Positions 14,043 through 21,510 of a stretch of DNA of 42,192 nt are shown in pieces; position 1 is the first letter of the stretch, and every line of letters starts with the position of its first letter. Made by a program: the position numbers and the translations under genes. Under the pieces are notes generated by a model, which searched no databases, had not been told where the DNA came from, and saw only the letters and a list, made by a program, of their open reading frames with translations. The stretch lies in the IMG/VR virus record IMGVR_UViG_3300045988_149535, positions 1 through 42,192 of that record, one strand, 5' to 3'. The DNA comes from a virus.

Positions 14043-14837
14043 ATGGATAAGGAATCTAAAGGATTTATAAAGCTAGATAGAAACATCTTTGACCATTGGA
14101 TATTCCAGGATGCTGAAAAGTTTAGAGCATTTGTGGACCTTATCCAATTAGCCAGATGGAAAGATGAAAAATTATTAATAGGAAATGATGTTGTAACAGT
14201 TCCAAGGGGGAGTTATTATACCTCAGAATTGAAATTAGCAGAGCGTTGGAAGTGGGGAAGAGATAAGACAAGAAGCTTTTTAAGCCTATTAGAAAAGGAA
14301 AAAATGATAAGAAAAAAAGGCACACCAAAAGGCACAATGATTACAATAAGTAACTACAGAGAATACCAAGATATTAACCCAACAAATACAACAACCCAAA
14401 GCCTTGTAAATACTAGCTTTGACAACTATTCACCCACAACACATAACACAACAAACCAACAACAAACCAACAACGAACCAACAACACACCCGACAGCAGA
14501 CCAACATCAAACCAACATCAAACCCGACACAAAAGAAGAAATTAAAGAAATTAAAGAAATTAAAGAAATTAAAGAAAGGGAAGAAGGAGAAGAAAAAGCA
14601 ACTGTACTTCCACCCCTTTCATTCCAGAATAATATACATGAATTAATTTTTAATAGATTAGGTGAAGTTACTTATAGAACATGGTTTATAGATACAGAAA
14701 TAAATGAAGCTGAAAAAGAAATAGTAATTACAGCTAAGGATAGTTTTAAGAGGCAGATTATAGAAAGTAAGTTTAAAGATAATTTAAAAATGCTTACTAG
14801 AAAAGACATTGTTGTTAGGGAGGTAGAGAATGGATGA
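14043..14837 (+). CDS. Replisome organiser / replication initiator-like protein (winged-helix N-terminus, low-complexity linker, DnaA-N-like C-terminus)
   Basis: The N-terminus FIKLDRNIFDHWIFQD...VTVPRGSYYTSELKLAERWKWGRDKTRSFLSLLEKEKMI is typical of phage replication proteins. The C-terminus YRTWFIDTEINEAEKEIVITAKDSFKRQIIESKFKDNL resembles DnaA domain I. Confidence 0.75.
   Translation: MDKESKGFIKLDRNIFDHWIFQDAEKFRAFVDLIQLARWKDEKLLIGNDVVTVPRGSYYTSELKLAERWKWGRDKTRSFLSLLEKEKMIRKKGTPKGTMITISNYREYQDINPTNTTTQSLVNTSFDNYSPTTHNTTNQQQTNNEPTTHPTADQHQTNIKPDTKEEIKEIKEIKEIKEREEGEEKATVLPPLSFQNNIHELIFNRLGEVTYRTWFIDTEINEAEKEIVITAKDSFKRQIIESKFKDNLKMLTRKDIVVREVENG
14451..14483 (+). repeat. Three tandem 11-bp repeats (acaaaccaaca, acaaaccaaca, acgaaccaaca)
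   Basis: Read directly. The 11-bp period is not a multiple of 3, so the repeat exists at the DNA level and not the peptide level. Confidence 0.9.
14500..14521 (+). repeat. Two perfect tandem 11-bp repeats (accaacatcaa x2)
   Basis: Read directly. Flanked by acccgaca on both sides. Confidence 0.9.
14538..14573 (+). repeat. Four perfect tandem 9-bp repeats (gaaattaaa x4, encoding EIK x4)
   Basis: Read directly. Confidence 0.95.
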
Positions 14838-15216
14838 AATAAAGTTTTGTAAAGTATGCGGTACAAGCTATGGAGTTGAATTACATCATAGAGTATATAG
14901 GTCAGAATGTAAGCCGCTAGAGAATTGTAAATTAAATCATACTTACCTATGTAATAAGCACCATAGAGATCATAAAGTAGGAGTACATTTTAATAAGAAA
15001 TTTGATAGAGAAATTAAATTAGAGTTTCAGAATTGGCTAGAAATATTATTTAATAAACCATATTTAACTAGAGAAGAAATAAAAGAAGTTTTAGAGATAG
15101 CAGATAAGCCATTAAATAAGCTTTTAAAGCCTTTAACATTACAGAGGGGTAAATATGTTAGTGAGGATGTAATAAGGCAATGCATGGGTGGTAGATTGAT
15201 ACTGGAGGGTGAATAA
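14830..15216 (+). CDS. Hypothetical Cys/His-rich protein (possible HNH-like or zinc-binding)
   Basis: CKVCG...ELHHRVYRS...CNKHHRDHKVGVH. GGGAGG RBS. The family is not securely recognised. Confidence 0.6.
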   Translation: MDEIKFCKVCGTSYGVELHHRVYRSECKPLENCKLNHTYLCNKHHRDHKVGVHFNKKFDREIKLEFQNWLEILFNKPYLTREEIKEVLEIADKPLNKLLKPLTLQRGKYVSEDVIRQCMGGRLILEGE

Positions 15217-15395
15217 TGAAAAGATATATGCCTAAGAAAAAAGATAGAAAAGCTTTAAGGGTAGCAAGATGGAAGAAAAGAAATTGTTGTCCTGAATGTA
15301 GATGTGTATATAGTCAAGACTATTTAAGAAAATGGGGAATGTGTATGGAGTGTTACATGCATGATGTAGGTATGAGTTGGAGAGATTTTATATGA
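15216..15395 (+). CDS. Hypothetical small Cys-rich protein, 59 aa
   Basis: TAATG overlap with the preceding gene. CCPEC...CMEC zinc-ribbon pattern. Too short to appear in the ORF track. Confidence 0.5.
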   Translation: MKRYMPKKKDRKALRVARWKKRNCCPECRCVYSQDYLRKWGMCMECYMHDVGMSWRDFI

Positions 15396-15736
15396 ATCCA
15401 CAAATTATAATAGAGCAAATGGAAATAGCAAGACAAGCATTAACTAGAGGTAATACACAATTAAAAACTCTATCTATAAAGAAAGCAGAAGCAGAAAGAA
15501 ATTATAGAGTTGAAGTAAGAAAAGAAATATTAAAACTTAGATTAGAGAAAGTACCGACTACTATAATACATGATCTAGTAAGGGGAAATGAAAAAATAGC
15601 AGAGTTAAGACTTAAAAGAGATATAGCAGAAAGTGATTATTATACTTGTATAAGTGCTATAGAGAATTTAAGACTAGATATAGAGATACTTAGAAGTAAA
15701 TTAACATGGTTAAGAGTAGAGTTAAAAAATAGTTAG
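15392..15736 (+). CDS. Hypothetical coiled-coil protein
   Basis: ATG 15392 overlaps the preceding stop (ATGA). The ORF track begins at TTG 15377. Confidence 0.6.
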   Translation: MNPQIIIEQMEIARQALTRGNTQLKTLSIKKAEAERNYRVEVRKEILKLRLEKVPTTIIHDLVRGNEKIAELRLKRDIAESDYYTCISAIENLRLDIEILRSKLTWLRVELKNS

Positions 15737-15745
15737 GAGGATTAA

Positions 15746-15919
15746 ATGAGTAAATTAACACCTCATGAATTAGCTATTAAAACAGTAATGGATATAGAAA
15801 GAAGAAAATACTTAAGAGAAAAAGGGAAATTAGAAGCAGATAGCTTTTTAGCAGAGAATAGACTAAAGCAAAACAAAAGAATGAGTAGGATAAGATGTAA
15901 GAGTTATAGAGGTAAGTAA
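15746..15919 (+). CDS. Hypothetical small basic protein, 57 aa
   Basis: AGGAGG RBS 5 nt upstream. Confidence 0.5.
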   Translation: MSKLTPHELAIKTVMDIERRKYLREKGKLEADSFLAENRLKQNKRMSRIRCKSYRGK

Positions 15920-15954
15920 TTTGATATTATTATTCGTTAGGTAGTGGTGGATTA

Positions 15955-16080
15955 GTGAATAGATTTATATGTTTTATATTTGGGCATATTCCAGTTAGGC
16001 AACATGAAAAAGATATGTTTGGTTATGAATATATATGGCAAAAGATTTACTGTAAGAGATGTGGCAAAAGGTTAGAATAA
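15955..16080 (+). CDS. Small protein, 41 aa, DUF1660-like (FGHIP...CKRCG)
   Basis: GTG start with a GGTGG RBS. The NRFICFIFGH...YCKRCGK pattern recalls DUF1660 prophage proteins. Confidence 0.4.
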   Translation: MNRFICFIFGHIPVRQHEKDMFGYEYIWQKIYCKRCGKRLE

Positions 16081-16105
16081 ATAACAATTTAAATGAGGTA
16101 ATTTT

Positions 16106-16309
16106 ATGAGGATTATGGATAAATTTAATTGCCAATACTGTGGCAAAGAAGTAATTTTTAAAACAGATAATGATTACGTTGATATAAATAAATATGATGT
16201 AGATTGTGCTTGTAGTGATTGTTACAATGGTATATCAGTACCAATCATGGAGTATGAGTCAACAATCGAAAACGAGTGGTATGAAATGCAAGGTAGTTAT
16301 TTAGGGTAA
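16106..16309 (+). CDS. Hypothetical zinc-ribbon protein
   Basis: CQYCG...CACSDC. GAGG RBS. Confidence 0.6.
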   Translation: MRIMDKFNCQYCGKEVIFKTDNDYVDINKYDVDCACSDCYNGISVPIMEYESTIENEWYEMQGSYLG

Positions 16310-16342
16310 TGAATAATCACATAAAGGTTAGAGAGGTGTAAA

Positions 16343-16552
16343 ATGAAAAGAAATAGATTTATTAAACTTGCTATGTCAGAAGGTATGGATAAAAATGAGG
16401 CTATATTTACTGCTAAATGCTGTATAGACAAATACGGAAGTTATGAGAGAGCGTATAAAGAACTTCATGGATCTCTTAGATTTAGATTCGAATGTTATAT
16501 GTTAGGATATGAAAAAAGACAAAATAAACGCATTAAAAAACTATATTATTAG
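16343..16552 (+). CDS. Hypothetical protein
   Basis: GAGAGGTG RBS. Confidence 0.6.
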   Translation: MKRNRFIKLAMSEGMDKNEAIFTAKCCIDKYGSYERAYKELHGSLRFRFECYMLGYEKRQNKRIKKLYY

Positions 16553-16577
16553 TTATAAAGGAGAGAAAGGGATAAAT

Positions 16578-16847
16578 ATGAATTTACCAATATTAATAGC
16601 AAAAAAAGAGGGAATGAAAATATGTCCAGATGATTATAAGATTGGTTGGTTAATGAAAGATGATTCTCAAGGACTTTGGATGACTTGGGGAAGTTGTAAA
16701 AACTTTAAAACTGCTATGGATTGTGCAAGAGATACTATAAAAGAAAAAGGTGCAAGAGAAGTATATACTGCAAGTGTACCATTACCTAAAAACTTAACTT
16801 TAGAGCAAATATTAAATTTAGAAAATATAACAGCAAGTTTTAAGTAG
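16578..16847 (+). CDS. Hypothetical protein
   Basis: ATG 16578 follows AAAGGAGAGAAAGGG and avoids overlap with 16343-16552. The ORF track start (16509) is less likely. Confidence 0.6.
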   Translation: MNLPILIAKKEGMKICPDDYKIGWLMKDDSQGLWMTWGSCKNFKTAMDCARDTIKEKGAREVYTASVPLPKNLTLEQILNLENITASFK

Positions 16848-16867
16848 CGAACAATTCAAAAATAAAG

Positions 16868-16910
16868 GAGAATAGGAGTAAATTCAACATAGTTATATAT
16901 TCCTATTCTC
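16868..16910 (+). other. Intergenic 10-13 bp hairpin without a T tract
   Basis: gagaatagga / tcctattctc enclosing ~23 nt. A TATAAT lies immediately downstream (16912-16917). Confidence 0.5.
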
Positions 16911-16945
16911 ATATAATAGTCAATTTCAATAAAGAAGGTGAGTAG

Positions 16946-17239
16946 ATGGATAGGAATTATGTAATTGTGTGTAATAGACATAAGAGTATATATGGAGGTT
17001 TATTGTTCTGGGGACAAAAAACAGAAGATAAGGAGAAAAGAAGTTTCGGAGGATATACAGGAGATATCAATAAGTGTGAGAGATATACATTAGAAGAAGC
17101 TATGAATAATGGTTATAACTTTCCCTTATACGGAAAGAGCTGCAACCACGATAATTTTCAAAAATATGATGATTTTGTAATTGAGATAAGAAGGTTAGAA
17201 AGATTGGGATATAGACCTATTACTATATATGTTAGATAA
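16946..17239 (+). CDS. Hypothetical protein
   Basis: GAAGGTGAG RBS. Confidence 0.65.
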   Translation: MDRNYVIVCNRHKSIYGGLLFWGQKTEDKEKRSFGGYTGDINKCERYTLEEAMNNGYNFPLYGKSCNHDNFQKYDDFVIEIRRLERLGYRPITIYVR

Positions 17240-17260
17240 AGAACTAAGAGAGGTGATTAG

Positions 17261-17587
17261 GTGACTAATAGTAAGCAAAAAGGAGCTAGGGGAGAAAGAG
17301 AATTATCTTCTAAGCTAAAAGAATATGGATATAAAACAAGACGAGGACAACAATATTGTGGTGCTAATGGTGATGCAGATGTAGTTGGATTACCTGGAAT
17401 ACACATTGAATGTAAGAGAGTAGAAAGACTTAATATATATGATGCTATAAGCCAAGCTAAAGCAGATAAGAAAGAGAATGAACTGGGAGCAGTATTTCAT
17501 AGGAAAGATAGGTCAGAATGGCTTGTAACAATGACATTAGATGAATGGATGAAATTATATAAGGGGGAGTTACCTAATGAAGATTAA
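17261..17587 (+). CDS. PD-(D/E)XK Holliday-junction-resolvase-like nuclease
   Basis: GTG start with a GAGAGGTG RBS. KQKGARGERELSSKL...GDADVVGLPGIHIECKRVE shows the D...ExK arrangement of Hjc-like or archaeal-type resolvases found in Firmicute phages. Confidence 0.7.
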   Translation: MTNSKQKGARGERELSSKLKEYGYKTRRGQQYCGANGDADVVGLPGIHIECKRVERLNIYDAISQAKADKKENELGAVFHRKDRSEWLVTMTLDEWMKLYKGELPNED

Positions 17588-17885
17588 ACTAGGAGATTAC
17601 TTTATAGAAACAGATGAAAGACAGTTTAAGGTTAAGAAGTATCTAGGTAAAGACAAAGATGGAGAGAAAGATTTATATAAAACATATGCTTATTGCACAA
17701 CACTTTCTACAGCCCTTAAATTCATACCACAACAAGCGATTAGAGATAATGACGATATAAGTGTCGTGATAGATAAACTAACTCAAATAGAGCGTGATAT
17801 TAAGGCTATAGATAAATATATAAAAGAAAATGAAGATTATAAAGAGAGATATGAAGAATTAAATTATGAAAGTGAAGGTGTATAG
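17577..17885 (+). CDS. Hypothetical protein
   Basis: GGGGGAG RBS. Overlaps the preceding gene by 11 nt. Confidence 0.65.
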   Translation: MKIKLGDYFIETDERQFKVKKYLGKDKDGEKDLYKTYAYCTTLSTALKFIPQQAIRDNDDISVVIDKLTQIERDIKAIDKYIKENEDYKERYEELNYESEGV

Positions 17886-17888
17886 ATT

Positions 17889-18068
17889 ATGAAAAGTTAT
17901 GCTTGTAATAAGTGTGGAAGCATAGATGTCTTTATTGATGATAGAGGTAATCAAAAAGCATTAATGTGTGGAGATTGTGGAGCATGGTTAAAGTGGATAG
18001 GTAAAAAGGAAATACCTTTAGTAAAGAGATTTATAGAAAGTAATAAGGAAGTGAATAAGAATGAATAA
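17889..18068 (+). CDS. Hypothetical zinc-ribbon protein, 59 aa
   Basis: CNKCGS...CGDCG. Too short to appear in the ORF track. Its end overlaps the next start. Confidence 0.5.
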   Translation: MKSYACNKCGSIDVFIDDRGNQKALMCGDCGAWLKWIGKKEIPLVKRFIESNKEVNKNE

Positions 18069-18264
18069 AAAAGAGTTTTGCAACTTGTTATTTAGATATA
18101 TAGATGATGGATTTACAATGCTAGACATAGAAACAAATGATTTTATATATGGGTTTGATTTCGAGAAAGATAATTTGTTTTTAGGAAAAGATTATTTTAT
18201 ACCAACGCAAGGATTACAAACTCAAAAAATTTACTATAAAGATGTAAAAAGTATTAGTTGTTAG
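18061..18264 (+). CDS. Hypothetical protein
   Basis: AAGGAAG RBS. Confidence 0.6.
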   Translation: MNKKEFCNLLFRYIDDGFTMLDIETNDFIYGFDFEKDNLFLGKDYFIPTQGLQTQKIYYKDVKSISC

Positions 18265-18273
18265 GAGGAGATT

Positions 18274-18684
18274 ATTATAAATAAGGTAATTTTAATCGGA
18301 AGAATGACAAAGGATCCAGAGCTTAATTTTGCAGCAGGAACTGGAACAGCAGTATGTAGATTTTCTTTAGCAGTAACAAGACCTTTTAAGAAAGATGAAA
18401 CGGATTTTATAAACTGTATAGCATTTAATAAGAGAGCTGAAGCAATAGCACAATATTTAACTAAAGGTAGACAACTAGCAGTAACAGGAAGTATAAGAAC
18501 AGGAAGTTATGATGCTAAAGATGGAACTAAGAGATATACAACTGATATAGTAGTAGATTCATTTGAATTTATAGGACAAGGTAATAACAATAATCAAGGG
18601 AATACACCTCAAAATAACTTTGGTGGGATGAATTTTGAGGATGAAATGACACCGATAGATGATGGGGATATGCCTTTTAATTAA
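18274..18684 (+). CDS. ssb: Single-stranded DNA-binding protein (start inferred at a non-AUG codon, ATT 18274 or ATA 18277)
   Basis: The OB-fold N-terminus NKVILIGRMTKDPEL lies upstream of the first ATG (18304). AGGAGGAG lies at 18263-18270. The acidic tail DDGDMPF is the canonical SSB C-terminus. Confidence 0.8.
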   Translation: MINKVILIGRMTKDPELNFAAGTGTAVCRFSLAVTRPFKKDETDFINCIAFNKRAEAIAQYLTKGRQLAVTGSIRTGSYDAKDGTKRYTTDIVVDSFEFIGQGNNNNQGNTPQNNFGGMNFEDEMTPIDDGDMPFN

Positions 18685-18741
18685 GGAGTTGGTACTCTCC
18701 ATAATCAAAAGTATCTATTATACAAAAGGAGATGGTGAAAG

Positions 18742-19329
18742 GTGGGTTATTCACGTGGAATAAGATGGAGTAGTGAAAAAATAATAAATGAAATACTTGA
18801 AGTAATGAGAGTTTTAGATATAAAAAGAATGCCAAGTAAAAATGAGTGTGATTTAGTAACAGGAAATTATACCTTATCTAATGCAATAAGAAGGTATGGA
18901 GGTTATGAATATTTTTCTCAATATTTAAATCTAGAATCAAAAGAATGTGAAAGCAAGCTCGGTTTAAAAGGTGAACTAAAGATAAAAGAAATTTTAGAGA
19001 ATAAAGGATATAAGGTTGAAAAAATGAGTAATAAACATCCTTATGATCTACTAGTAAATGAGAATATAAAAATAGATGTTAAAACAGCTAGAAAGTATAA
19101 CAGCGATAAAGGGTGGAGTAGCTATTCATTCAACTTAGAAAAATCCAATCCAACGTGTGATATATATGTCTTTATATGCATAGAAGATGAAAAGTATTTG
19201 ATTATACCGAGTAAATTTTTAAGACAAACTCAGCTATGCATTACTGATAAAGAAAGTAAGTATGACGTGTTTAAAGATAGATGGGAGTATGTAGAAGTAT
19301 ATAATAAATTCTACAAATGGCTAAAGTGA
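18742..19329 (+). CDS. Homing-endonuclease-like protein: HNH-associated repeat N-terminus plus PD-(D/E)XK-type C-terminus
   Basis: GTG start with an AAGGAG RBS. The N-terminus WSSEKIINEILEVMRVLDIKRMPSKNE...SNAIRRYGGYEYF resembles the homing endonuclease associated repeat. The C-terminus YDLLVNENIKIDVKTARK...CDIYVFICIEDE resembles intron-type endonucleases. Confidence 0.55.
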   Translation: MGYSRGIRWSSEKIINEILEVMRVLDIKRMPSKNECDLVTGNYTLSNAIRRYGGYEYFSQYLNLESKECESKLGLKGELKIKEILENKGYKVEKMSNKHPYDLLVNENIKIDVKTARKYNSDKGWSSYSFNLEKSNPTCDIYVFICIEDEKYLIIPSKFLRQTQLCITDKESKYDVFKDRWEYVEVYNKFYKWLK

Positions 19330-19502
19330 TGGAGCAACTTGGATTTAGTTTTATTAGATTCAAGGAAGAGTGTACAGAACTTAATAGTAAATTTACTTTA
19401 GGTTCTGTATGGAACTTCTTATTTGAACATGAGAACAATTACATTATAGAACTAGATGGTACTTTTTATGGTCCGTTAAAAGAGCGGTGTGAAAGGTTAT
19501 AG
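19317..19502 (+). CDS. Hypothetical protein
   Basis: ORF only, with no clear RBS. The start is uncertain. Confidence 0.45.
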   Translation: MAKVMEQLGFSFIRFKEECTELNSKFTLGSVWNFLFEHENNYIIELDGTFYGPLKERCERL

Positions 19503-19515
19503 GAGGATATAAAAT

Positions 19516-19812
19516 ATGGCTAAAGTAGGGAAAATAAATTCAGCTTCAGTTATTGCTAGAAATTATATACAAGAAAATATAGATAAGAAAGATGTAAAAG
19601 AAATAATAAATTATCTCGAAGAGACAATTAATTTAAAACTAGAATCTATAGAAAGAATATACAGAGATATAAAATCAGATAGAGATAGAGAAATTAGAGA
19701 AGAGATAAGAGCTAAAACAATGGAAGAGAGAAGTAAAGTTAAATACAAAGGTAGAAAGAGAGAGTTTTTCTATATAGATGATAGCAAATTATGGAGGGCC
19801 ATTAATGGATAA
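19516..19812 (+). CDS. Hypothetical protein
   Basis: AGGAGG RBS. Confidence 0.65.
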   Translation: MAKVGKINSASVIARNYIQENIDKKDVKEIINYLEETINLKLESIERIYRDIKSDRDREIREEIRAKTMEERSKVKYKGRKREFFYIDDSKLWRAING

Positions 19813-20062
19813 ATTAAAAGTAATGGAAAAAGCAATAGACACATTTGGAGAAGGGATGCAGAAGATAGTTGCTATGGAAGAACTTGCGGAACTGCAACAA
19901 GCTTTGTCTAAAGATTTGAGAGGTAAGGAGCATAACGTTGAAGAAGAAATAGCAGATGCAACTATTATGTTAATGCAATTAGAACTTATGTATGATAAGA
20001 GAAAAATTAAAGAATGGATAGATAAAAAGATAGATAGATTAGATAAAAAATTGAGAGGGTAG
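19805..20062 (+). CDS. mazG: MazG-like nucleotide pyrophosphohydrolase
   Basis: GEGMQKIVAMEELAELQQALSK...EEEIADATIMLMQL shows the EExxE...D metal-binding helices. ATG 19805 is preferred over the ORF track start. Confidence 0.75.
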   Translation: MDKLKVMEKAIDTFGEGMQKIVAMEELAELQQALSKDLRGKEHNVEEEIADATIMLMQLELMYDKRKIKEWIDKKIDRLDKKLRG

Positions 20063-20065
20063 CAT

Positions 20066-20152
20066 ATGAAAATAGTGATTATATGGTTAATAGCAGTACT
20101 ATTTTATTGGGCATTGATATATGGAGCTACTAGAAATGATAAAGAAGAGTAA
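20066..20152 (+). CDS. Hypothetical 28-aa membrane peptide
   Basis: GAGAGGG RBS. One TM segment (IVIIWLIAVLFYWALIYGA). Confidence 0.35.
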   Translation: MKIVIIWLIAVLFYWALIYGATRNDKEE

Positions 20153-20186
20153 TTTGTGACTATTGCAAAGGAAGGGATGAAATAAT

Positions 20187-20540
20187 ATGAAGGCTAAAGA
20201 TTTAGTTTTAAAAGTAGTAAATGAAATTGAAGAAGGTAAATTTGAATTTAATGACTTTAAACCATATATGTCATACGAAAGTTTTATCGGTTGCATATTG
20301 GCTGATGCAGAGATATTAAGACCAACAGGACTTAAAGATATAAATGGAAAAGAAATTTATGAAGGACACATAGTAAGAGATAACAGCTTATCTGATGATA
20401 AAGATTATATTTACGAAATTGCTTTTGCAGAAGGAGCATTTATATCAAAATGGTTAGGAAACTTTGATAATTACTTATATGAAGTAAGGGGAGAGTTAGA
20501 AATAATAGGAGATATTTTTAATAATCCAGAATTACTTTAG
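20187..20540 (+). CDS. YopX-family protein (paralogue 1)
   Basis: GLKDINGKEIYEGHIV...LEIIGDIFNNPELL. Confidence 0.8.
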   Translation: MKAKDLVLKVVNEIEEGKFEFNDFKPYMSYESFIGCILADAEILRPTGLKDINGKEIYEGHIVRDNSLSDDKDYIYEIAFAEGAFISKWLGNFDNYLYEVRGELEIIGDIFNNPELL

Positions 20541-20609
20541 TGCGTAATTCAAATATAAGACATATTATGAGTGGATCTTATATGGTCCACTCTATAGGAG
20601 GAATAGAAA

Positions 20610-20885
20610 TTGAGTTTTTGGAATCCAGCAAGAATGAGTGAAGATAGACAATTAGAATTAGATAAAAGAGTTATATTAGGAATAGCAGAAGATAAATTAA
20701 AGAAAGATTTGGAGAAGGTAGAGAAGAAGATTGAAAGTCATAGAAATAAAAATATTAATATAGATGTATTCAGCATCACAAGGAAACAAGGGGCAAACAT
20801 GAATGCAAGAGCAGACAATTTAGCATTTGAAAGAAATGAGATATTAAGAAGGTTAGATTTAATTAAAGAAGCTAAGGAGGGATAG
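20610..20885 (+). CDS. Hypothetical protein
   Basis: TTG start 8 nt after AGGAGG. Confidence 0.6.
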   Translation: MSFWNPARMSEDRQLELDKRVILGIAEDKLKKDLEKVEKKIESHRNKNINIDVFSITRKQGANMNARADNLAFERNEILRRLDLIKEAKEG

Positions 20886-20887
20886 AT

Positions 20888-21235
20888 ATGAGAGAGATTA
20901 AATTTAGAGCATGGAATGAATGGGCTGATAGAAAAGAAATGGTTTATTTCAAAGTAGATGAACCTAAAGCTATTGAAAATACAGCATGGAATGCAGAAAT
21001 AATGCAATATACAGGTCTTAAAGATGAGAATGGGAAAGAAATATATGAAGGAGATATAGTTAAGATTGAAGATGATAAATGCACCATAGAATTTAATAAT
21101 TATGGGTTTGGTGCAAAGAGTTTAGAATATAAAGATTTTATCTTATTTGGTGAAGTTGATATGTTAGACACTCATGTAATAGAAGTGATAGGCAATATAT
21201 ATGAGGACAAGCACTTATTAGAGGAGGAAATATAA
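20888..21235 (+). CDS. YopX-family protein (paralogue 2)
   Basis: MREIKFRAWN...GLKDENGKEIYEGDIV...IEVIGNIYEDKHLLEE. Confidence 0.85.
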   Translation: MREIKFRAWNEWADRKEMVYFKVDEPKAIENTAWNAEIMQYTGLKDENGKEIYEGDIVKIEDDKCTIEFNNYGFGAKSLEYKDFILFGEVDMLDTHVIEVIGNIYEDKHLLEEEI

Positions 21236-21236
21236 A

Positions 21237-21509
21237 ATGAAATATGTTCATCCAAAAGAATATAAAGGTGTAAAGTTTAATACTGAAAGAAATCAAATAA
21301 GAATGAGAGCAATAGTAGAAGAGTATTGTTTAAAATGTGATTTGTTTATGGGAAAAGAGCATGATTTTTCAGAGTGCCGAATGGCTGATAAATGGAAAGA
21401 TGGGAGAGTGATTGCAAAGAAAACTTGTCCTTTTAAGTCTTTGGGGGTACCGATAGATATAGAAACACTTAAATACTCATGCATTAAATATGAGGTTGAG
21501 GAGGAATAG
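21237..21509 (+). CDS. Hypothetical Cys-containing protein
   Basis: GAGGAGG RBS. Confidence 0.6.
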   Translation: MKYVHPKEYKGVKFNTERNQIRMRAIVEEYCLKCDLFMGKEHDFSECRMADKWKDGRVIAKKTCPFKSLGVPIDIETLKYSCIKYEVEEE

Positions 21510-21510
21510 G

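Noticed and set aside
14538-14573. Short perfect tandem repeats that might look like a CRISPR or minisatellite array.
   Set aside because: The units are 9 bp and contiguous with no spacers, and they lie inside a continuous ORF (EIK x4). This is not CRISPR. They are treated as part of the putative ori/iteron tract.
14419-14646. Alternative-frame 75-aa ORF (and the minus-strand ORFs 14140-14337 and 14672-14866) inside the replication gene.
   Set aside because: They arise from the low-complexity A+C tract and the K/E repeats. The main frame has recognisable N-terminal and C-terminal domains.
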